A DNA stretch of 44,449 nucleotides, taken from contig KZ538851.1 of NCBI GenBank assembly GCA_000934665.2, positions 1-44,449 on the forward strand, read 5' to 3'. Shown piece by piece: positions 34,861 through 44,449 of the stretch (its first letter is position 1; every line of letters starts with the position of its first letter). Below the pieces are notes generated by a model. That model searched no databases. It had not been told where the DNA came from and worked only from the letters and a program-made list of their open reading frames with translations. The stretch is from Catajapyx aquilonaris. Its lineage: Eukaryota. The position numbers were made by a program, and so were the translations under genes.

Positions 34861-37800
34861 GTAAGATTTGAATTGTGCGGCACATGGCCACGAATACCGG
34901 AACTCGTAAAGCTAACGAGAATTAAATTGTCACACCAGGTGTGGGTCGATTTCATACTTGGCTTTAGCACATTTGCTACATCAATAGTAGTTTTATATGC
35001 GTGCCGACTCATTAAGGTCATGGTTTCCGCCCATTCTTATTACCAACAAGTAAATCATATCGTGGGAAATAGGCAGAAGTTTGATCCGCAGGTGCACACA
35101 GGAGAAAATTTGCATGATATAGGTGTTCATTTCATTTTGTGCGATCATAGCCTTGTTATAAATTCAACAGAGCATCCATTTTCACCTAAATCGCCCTGGG
35201 TGCTCCCATGCAGGGATCCGTTTTATATGAACTGGTTGAAAAAAAAAAAGCCAATTGACAGCTCTTGAGTGACATAATAGCCGGTCCATGAAGCCTGATC
35301 AGGAAAACTTTTGTGGTAGCGGAATACTGCATAATAAAAATTAGCGTGTACTTTCTCTCCGTGTCAGTTTTCATCCGTGCTGTGTAATACCAGTTGTTGT
35401 TACATGCATGAATATAATCACGTAGCAATTATATGATATCTAGGGGTAAGAAGTATCTGAATATATGAAGTGCAAGCAAATGGAAAGGAGAGCACTGAAG
35501 GTGAAAGGCCTTTTGCAACGGTCATGGTGGCAAAAACCTACCTGTTTCCACTCTGGTTTTTAACACTAAATAAAGCCACTTTTCTTCAGTAAGCAGCTTT
35601 CATTTAAAATAACTTTAGCGACAAATACCCAATCATTCTTAACAAAAGTAACCAGGAATAAGTGAAGCAGAACAGTTGAGCGAAAAATGACCTTCTTATA
35701 GGCACTGACCTGAATGTACTTTCATTTCCGCGCCATTGGCTGCTGCATGTGGGAGTGGGCGAAAATTTCTACACGCCTAACAATAACCGTGAGCATGAAG
35801 GCGAGTGCCCAATTACAATGAGCATGTCATTCGATTGTTCTTCAGACCGGCTACGAATTTTATGGGCTCATTATAAAACCCGGTTCCGAGTTGTAGCTGG
35901 CGTTTATTGAAATAGTGCGTGAGGATTAAGTCTGGAATATAAATAATAGAAAATGGGTGTATGGATCAGTTTCATGCGAGAGATCAATCTGGTTTGCGCA
36001 AAATACCGTGACGATAATGTTGTTAACGGATAAGATGAGGGTTGATAAGGGTTGATGGATGTAGTACAACCTGAATTTACAACTTTTTATTTTCTTAAGA
36101 GATTGGGCGTTCAATCACGTTCAGAATGATGCGTCACGTCATTTTGAGGGAGATGATAATAATTCTGAAAGGGAGTGTAACTTATGTGCCGCACTGGTAA
36201 TGATCCTAATTATCGCTTCAATCCCCTTTCAAGTCCTATAATTCCCTTCTTTATGTAGGATTAGGGTGTAAAACTATTCGGTAAAAGTGCAGGAAACTCT
36301 CACATCAGAGGCGCCAAGTAAACCAAATAATTTAAATAGGAGAACGGGGTGCTGGGATACTGCCAGGGGCTAAATCTTGTCAAATAAACCTCGTTGAGGT
36401 GCAATTAGGAGCATTTTTGTGGATATCAGATGCTCTATCTGGGGGCTCTAACCATGAGACGGACGGTGCTTACCTGCATTTGGGACTAAAACCATGATGA
36501 AAGGACGCTCGTGACAGCAAAAGCAAAGCTGAATGAGGACTTTTTTTGTAAGAAATATATTGCATTAAATAATAAGCATAATATATTATATAGGACATAT
36601 TCATGTACTTCATACATCTCCGGGGAACATTTTGTACTGTGTAAAAGGCATGTGGGGACCTGTAAATAATAGTAACCAGCAGGGGACTACTTCGCTGCGG
36701 GTGGGCCTCGTATGACTAGAGCATTTGCTTACACAAAAAAGGTTTCCGTGTGTAGGCTACTACACAATAGATCTGGATTTATAACGGGAGCGGAAAGTCA
36801 CTTTCATGCTGAGAAGCATATCGAATGAAAGTCAGGAGAATCTTAGCATAAAAGATGAGGGCTCGCGATTTTCCAGGTCGTATCAAGAAATATTCATGTG
36901 CAAGTAACTCTCGATTTACGTGACATATAGACGATTTTCGTAGAATTGGAGAGTATATCGAAAGAAATCGAACGTGGTATCCCCCACCAGGGAGTAAGGA
37001 AATGGCAGAAGATAAGGAATGCCTTTAAAAACACCATTTATTGCGCATCGTATTTCCTCTACGTTTTTTAAAAGCAATAATGACGGCATTAAAGAGCCTA
37101 TATAAAATGACAAATGACTTTACATCGGAATGGTTTTGTGAATATGGATCCCTTGCAGCACTTTGGCTGCAGGATTGCTCGTAGGCAGATGTTGTCGATA
37201 ACCTAAAGTTTATCGACAACCTGATATGCACATAATATAAAATCAATATAGTTCGACTTTTTTCCGTAGTGATTATATATTTAAACGTAAGACTTTCATA
37301 ACTTATAAGCTGAAAAGTTTCTTCCCGCTTTATGTCAGCTATACAGTACAGACGTAACTTGCTATAGTTCCATCACCTGTGGCTACAGCATCCAACATGC
37401 CTCGCCAAACTAGAACCAGTCCACATCGATTTCAGAACCACGTTATATACCATCAAGTTATATCCATCTGTTTTTTTCTGCTGTTTTCGACTCCCTTCCT
37501 TTTTACGACGAAGAACTGTTCTCATCAAAATTTGATGAGCTGCTTCTGGGCGAGGAAAATACCAGAGCCCAAGTCCTCTGATGCCAGCCAGCCACAGTTT
37601 TAGGATCACGCACATGAGGTCTTTTCCGTTCCCAATTTGCTGGGGAACCCAGCTTTGTGTTTTGTGGCCGGCACACTGCGGGGTACTATTTTCTGAGGCC
37701 GGCATGGCAGGTGGTTTCATATCGACATACAGAATTTTAGAATCTGAACTACCAACACGCAGCCACATCAGGGTTGCTGCAAGATTACGATTTTATTCCA

Positions 37801-40800
37801 TGGCATATAGGGTCTACCTCAAAACTCTTTATTTGGGACGCGGTTCTGCACCAGCTGACACCTGATACTGTACATGTGATCCCATCATTTAATGACATTC
37901 ATTGGCTATATGAAAGCAAATCCGTACATATGAGGATGTGGGGCAGAGCTATATCCTTTTACCCATCGGATGTGCGAATTTGAAATCTCGCAACACAAAG
38001 GCTGAAAAATAACGAGCGAACCTTTTCCGAGAAGCCTTCATAACTCACAGAGCGCAAAGGCAATTTTTCGGCTCTCAGGTAACGTGTAGCCAGCGATGCC
38101 CATACATTTTCTTATAGCCCCTGACTTACGCTCGGCTGGAAAAAACTGACAATGTCGTATACAGTATATTATATGGGGTGTTTCTGCGCCCAAGTTGACG
38201 GTCCCAACATCCGGTATCACTTGGGGAGTAATTGATGACTCGAATTCCAGTGTAGACTGACAAAGTTGAGAGCTTGATTTACTGTATCCTACTATAGACT
38301 TATCTATTATTTATTTCACAATTTGTTCGTCAAATATCTCGTGCGCTTTCACTTAAATTAACTGCATCTCTGGATGCATGAATTACGAGAAATATTGCGC
38401 TGATGCATGTACAGTTCCTACCATAAATTGATCAATTATGACTATTTCCCGATTCATGTCGCATTTCTCCGGAGCCGAAGTAAAGTCTTAGAAATTAGGC
38501 CAAACCAATGTAATTAGGACTTGCGGATTATTTTACTGCCATTTACCAATGAAGCGCTAATCCTGTTTAAGCCTCTTTGAAAATCAATTCTTTTCGGGTG
38601 GGATTTCAGGTAATGTATTCACTCAGTCTTAAGATCGTTAAGAACCAACGAAACGTGCCTCACCGTCTCAAATTTCATCTCGAACTGCAACCGCTCCCTT
38701 TAAGGCCATTAAATTTAGATTTGCACTTTTTTTCTGTAGGTGTGCCATTTGGGTTCCCATTCTGCATTACTGGGACAATTGGTTGCAAACATAAATATAA
38801 AATATCCTGGAAGGTATGCATCACTCCACGAGACTGTGCTTTTATAAAAAATGCTGTACTATAATATTGTCATTATTAAAATTTAGACGTGCACAGGCAA
38901 GGAGTGTCTAGGTTTTCAAGGATAAAGCTATTTATCAAGACTCAGGTGCACAACATGAAACCAAAATGAACCTCTGTGAAAAGATAAGTGGTCGGTTCTA
39001 TGTATAGGCCTACATAATGTAATGTTCTACGTATTTCCATTAGTACTTGTAGACACAGCGGATTAGTTCCTGAGACTACAGATATTTAGGCCTGCATATA
39101 GTGTCTAATTGCATACGTATAACTCTACATTATACACATACTGTAGCATGCGTATGATACCGTATATCTTACATTTGTTACAGTACATTTTCCTTATAAA
39201 CCAACCGAAAAGCAATATTTTGTGTAACTTGTGCTATTCCCAAGACCCTGCAGGTGTAATCAAAGTAGATATTCCTCTAAAGTAAGGTTAAATATGCTGA
39301 AGTGCAAAGCACATTATGGGTAACAAAACCAGTGTTACCCACACTTGTTGAGGCAACAAAACTTCTTTGTCCGATTCAAACTGCCACTGTTGTGAAACAG
39401 ATGACAGTGCAACGGCGTAGATTTGCAGTTTGCACCACAAAACTATGAAACCAGTTACAAAGACTTGTTGGCCTTTCCAAGTGGCACGCAATGTGGGCTT
39501 CAAAGAGACAGGATAATAAGGTACCGGTACAAGTAAATATCCGTCACATGCTACAATATTACTAGGTTAAGTGGAGAAAAGACACACTGTGTTATGTCAG
39601 TAGTGGCTTGCTTATCTTTGTTGGTAGGCTATGATACATAGGTATCATTTCTCCAAAATAATAAAATCCCCGTTATGTTAAACAGCCTGCTGCACATTGC
39701 TGCACATGTCCAGCTGAAATATCCTACTCGCATAAAAACCGTGACAATAATTTTTAAAACATCTGTACGTATACACCTTTGTGATTTTGAACACCGAAAT
39801 ACGCTGACGAAACTTTTTTAAACTGCATGAAAGAGATGCGTTGCTATTTTTTCACATGATAGATGTCCCCGCTTAGGGTTTTGATCTATAGATTACACGT
39901 ACTCTGAGCATGAATGAAATTAATCCAGGCGCGTATTTTAAAAACAATACGCCGAGGCTTGAATGTCCGAGGCCCTCAGGTTGTCGTTTTTGAGAATACA
40001 AGGGGCGGAAAAATGGATTCCCATACCCATACCCATACCTTTTCATGTGTGAAACTTTCGCCGTTTTGTTTTACCAGCAAAAAAAGCCAACCTATGTCCA
40101 ATATAGGAACTAGGAAGCTCAAATTTTTCGCCGCTTTTAACCATAATATGAGAATTTATTACGAGTAATGTGCGTATGTGCCTCGCCATATGCTTATTTA
40201 TACAGGCTTATGAATCATTATGCCTCCCGCTTAGTATAGGTGTGAAATGCAGGGACGTGTAATGTATTGTACTGTTCACAATCTGGGATGTATAAAGATT
40301 ATTTGCTGTATTTTCAATTGAATCATTTAGTAATAGCTTTTCCGTCACATACACCGAGTTTTATTATACTGTACAAAATTTCATATCTACATCTTTAAAA
40401 GCAGATGAAGTAATTTCTGCACAATTAAAGCAGTATACTGTATAATTAACCCTGAAGCAGCCCAATTAAAAATGTTATTTTATGTGCCTATATGAAACTT
40501 TGTAATAGACACGAAGTGCTTCAATATGCTTTTACCGTGACATATAAGTAGCATTCATCTGCGCTCATATATTCGGGTGCCCTTAATCATCATATTCTGG
40601 TACAAGTAATAGTAACATGATTTCCCAAAGGAGACGAGCAAATTCCGACTAACTCTCATAGCGATCATCGTATAGTCCTGTGGATTTCCCCTTGGAAACA
40701 TATCGGCGAGCAGGTAACGTACGGTAATGTAATCTGATCTTATTAAAGCTGCACATTCGGATCCGAATGGAATAATATATCCTTGGCTGAATTAGCCCAG

Positions 40801-43800
40801 CAGAAGTTATCAGGAATTTATAATTCTCAAGTTACCTCTCAATGATGTCAAAGGTTGATAGCGCACCATCTTGGAAGGGATCCGCCGTCTTTTAATGATC
40901 GCCTCACGTCAGGTCGGATATTACAAATAGACACCATCTTATCCTCGGAGGGAAGGTTATATGCTCCAGCCCTCTTCGTCTTTATGAGACTTTATGGATA
41001 TAAAGCTGGGTTTAGCTCACAAATCAGGTTTTCATACTCGTTTACGTCTGCTAGAGGGGTATTAGGTGGAGCTAAAGAGAAGAATGAAAGGTGTTTTCGT
41101 TCTGATAGGAAATATCTAACGGTCTTTACATCACTGACTTTATTCTGCAGCAGTTTAAAAATGGTGTTGCAAATTAAGCAATGAAAAAATGGAATGATAA
41201 TTAAGAAATTGCAAACTGTGGGCCATTTTTTAATATCTGTATGCGTTTATAAGTTGGTCCGGCCTTTTGTACGAGTTCGTCTACTAAAATCTGTAATCTG
41301 TAATATTGAATATGTGCACATTATGATGCAAGGGTATCTTGTTATGCAAAACTTGTTAGAATGTAGGTACTAACCTACGCACTTCAGTTGCCATTATTGT
41401 CATTTTCCTTTCACGGTTACTTTCCCTTTCTTGCATATCACGAATCGCCCAGCGGTTGACCTTATTCCGGAGGCCACGTGCGATACCTCTCTTTCCCCAG
41501 TGCAAAATAAGAGAGAAAAACAATGGCATAACGGTTTTTGATGATACGTGTAACCGTCTAACCGAATGTCCTCAAATGCCTCAATTTGGCCCACATGTCG
41601 AACAGCATTTTTTTGTGGAAATTGCAGGAAGGTAACCTACATACAGTTTAGATACACTGGATATAAGGTGGGAATAAATCGTACAAACTATGAGAGATTG
41701 AAATTTTACCACTTCTTGAGACTTCGATTTCGCTCCCATGTAAACAACATTTTTAGAGAGCACCAATAATACGCGAAGAGCAGGCGAAGAGTAATTTTCT
41801 GCTTCACCAAGCAGGATTCCTCAGAGGCGGTACATGATCCCGATGATTTATCGCTCTCCACCCAAGTGGGCTTATGACATGCCATGTATACAGTACATGA
41901 CTGTGAGAAATGGAATCATCGATCGTGCGTGTAAGGAGTCGAAGGGAAAAATGTAAAATCTTATCAGGATGCAGCAGGCGGGATTGAATTTTTCTACCCA
42001 CTTTTCCAGGGGAATGGTCAAGGGATGGGAGCGACACGATAAAAGAGTATGGAGTAAAGGAGCTTATCAGGCGGAAAATGACTTACATGCCAGAATGGAC
42101 TTGAATTAAACCTGGCTGTTGGTGTTTACGGATTTTCTTGGGTCTCTGCAAAGGGCCGGCTTTAGAGTTCCAGTTCGCTCCAGTTGTGCTTCCAATTCGA
42201 CGTCATTACGGAGGGAGACGTGGCCTTTAAATTGCAGACAGTAGATCATTGCGCATTTTGTGCCCTTACTCCGCAGTATACTGTATATGTATTGAATTAG
42301 GTATTGCTCTAAAAATAAACGCGATTTGTGTCTCGCCATTTACTCTCTCAAACCTCATTTAAATTTAATACGAAGAAGTCCCATAGAGGCTTCTACAAAG
42401 GAACTACAAAATATTTAGTACGCTCCATTCTGGCTAGTGAGCTTTGTGAATTATTTGTATCTACCGTTCCCTTCTGTTTCTACCGAATTAAACCAACTTT
42501 CCAGTATTCTTCAGTATTACTTTAAGAATTATGGTATGCTTTATATGTTAAATAGCACTGTAGAATGGGTCCTGTAACATACCTTGTAATATTTAAAATC
42601 CTGAAATATTAATTGCGGAACTTAAATATTCTGTTTGGGCTGCTATGTGGCAAATGAGATTTTCCTACTTCTCAGGTGTAGTGAGTGCAATATAAAACAA
42701 ATTGCAGCTAGTGTAATCAAGAAGAAAGTCACGACACTCTGAAAGTCACTCCAATTCACGGTACCCACATCAGTAGCTTTAGAAAGTTGTGGCAAGCTTT
42801 TATTAGAGAGCTTTTTCAACGACCCTGTATATATTGCCCTAGTCAGCAACATGAAAGTGCTTCCACTACAAGAATATTTCTCCCCCATGCAAATACAACA
42901 AGTTAAATATTAAATAAATCCGTGTGATATACACTGTACATACGGTACTATACAATTCATTTGCATATTCTGTAAAGTAGGTCACCACATTAGGAGCCAA
43001 GAATACCTGTAACTTATAGATGATTGTTTGAGCAGGGTCGCGCAAACAGGTTGAACCTGATAAAGTGAAACACCATTTTAGCCAGGCGGCTAGTACCGTT
43101 ACAGCATCTCTAAGGACACCTCGGGCACTCAATCTGCCCGTGAATCGTGGGCTGCACTCATTCTGGTCACGAGCGAAGCTCTCCCACACTCTTTCATCTA
43201 TTATTTATCCATGGCTGCTGGGGCTGTTCATAGGCAAACACCGGGCCCAGCAGACACTGGAAATGTCATGTGCCGGGTCTATGCCGGAGGGTGTTTTGAC
43301 AAAATTGCCATTGATGTGGTTATTTGGTATTTTGTACGTCTTTGGTGGAGTTTTTTTGGGGGGCTTTGTGCATACAATAAAGGGGAATACAAAAGTCCGC
43401 CAATTTCCTCGCTATTATTACTAGGCACTGGATTTGACAATTCAGCGGTTTACTCAAGTGGATGTATTTTGAAGCTTTCCCAGGGCTGGGTTTTGAGTAT
43501 GGACTTCGCTGTATGGGTATGCCATGTGATACGTGTTCATCATAATTGCAATAGTGGGGCATAATTTGGAGAATGTGAAATAATATTTGCGAGTTGTAAG
43601 TTCTTCATTCTAACATATTAATATAGTTTTCCTACACTTTGCCCCAAAAATGGTTTCTTTTTGGATCATGATTTTTGTAAGCTAGACCTACGTGTGTAGA
43701 GTAGCCTACCGGCTAACTAGTAATTAAATGCACTCTGTAGCGGGGCGTTGTATTGCAATCATATTATACTGTACAGTGATGTACAGTGATGCAGACACCG

Positions 43801-44356
43801 GCCATAATAAGCAAATATGGTAACTTAATATCTGTTAATATTCAGCAAATTATTATCTTGCGGTAATGCATTACAATTAATTTTTCATGGTCCAGCCCTC
43901 TACATGGTGTGTTTCCAACAATCTGCTTCGGGTGTGCTTCTGATGCCTCAAAATACTGTAGCCTACCATGATTATGTTTACATAGGCCTGCAAGCTTACA
44001 GGCATAAGTCACTCGCTACACGGACAAAATTAGCAGGTGCAGATTTTGCTGTGTAAATAGATAAGACCAAAAAAACATTGGGTATATTCTGAAATCTTGC
44101 TTTCCATTTAATCGCAGCCTGCAGACAAAATGCGTGCGTACAGAGTCTGCAGTGTAGGCCTACAGTATTTGTATAAATATTCGATTGTAACTATTGCATC
44201 TTAAAGCAAAGCCTTCATTTTTGTGATTTTTATGCATTGAAACGTGGCCGAATAGATACCTTCTTAAACAGGTACCAAATAAATACAACAATCTTGCTTA
44301 TTATTATATTTCATGTATGATGTAGGCTACTGTACCTTGTGTAGTCCTGTATTATA

Positions 44357-44449
44357 CAGGGTGTTTACGACCTAACTTTACAAACTTCCAGGGGTAATAG
44401 AGGGGACCAAGACAAACATTTTTGACATAGGAAACCGTGTCCGGAAACG
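44357..44449. mobile_element. Probable left end of another Tc1/mariner-type element (cut by the window edge)
   Basis: TA|CAGGGTG terminus as in the 32879 element; the partner TIR is not in the window. Confidence 0.45.

Noticed and set aside
34381..35268. 295-aa single-exon ORF
   Set aside because: Coding character stops at the GTAAGA donor (34861). The ATG at 34381 lies among CCAAT boxes and is probably upstream of the true start at 34531.
34861..44356. Short ORFs and an 11-bp-stem hairpin (37191-37220) in the right-hand region
   Set aside because: No protein motifs or consistent splice phases were found, and an isolated hairpin in repeat-rich intron DNA is not enough to call a feature.

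Overview
Eukaryotic (arthropod, probably insect) genomic DNA with GT-AG spliced genes, assembled by hand from splice sites and exon phases. In order: (1) a divergent but intact tandem paralogue of Bax inhibitor-1 (minus, about 232 aa). (2) Canonical Bax inhibitor-1/TMBIM6 (minus, 236 aa). (3) On the plus strand, head-to-head with BI-1, a 70-aa single-TM micropeptide resembling vertebrate mitoregulin. (4) Only 67 nt further on, a 448-aa stand-alone Trl1/Rnl1-type ATP-dependent RNA ligase; genes 3 and 4 look like a dicistronic unit. (5) A complete 19-coding-exon PIKfyve/Fab1 (minus, about 2036 aa). (6) The first coding exon of a divergently transcribed type II membrane protein, followed by about 9.6 kb with no recognisable exon. 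Introns carry tRNA-derived SINEs of two families with a shared 3' tail, hAT relics, and Tc1/mariner- and Harbinger-type MITEs. The most notable features are the mitoregulin-like smORF plus RNA ligase locus, and the BI-1 paralogue lacking one aspartate of the pH sensor. All homology calls come from motif recognition by eye; no database search was run.
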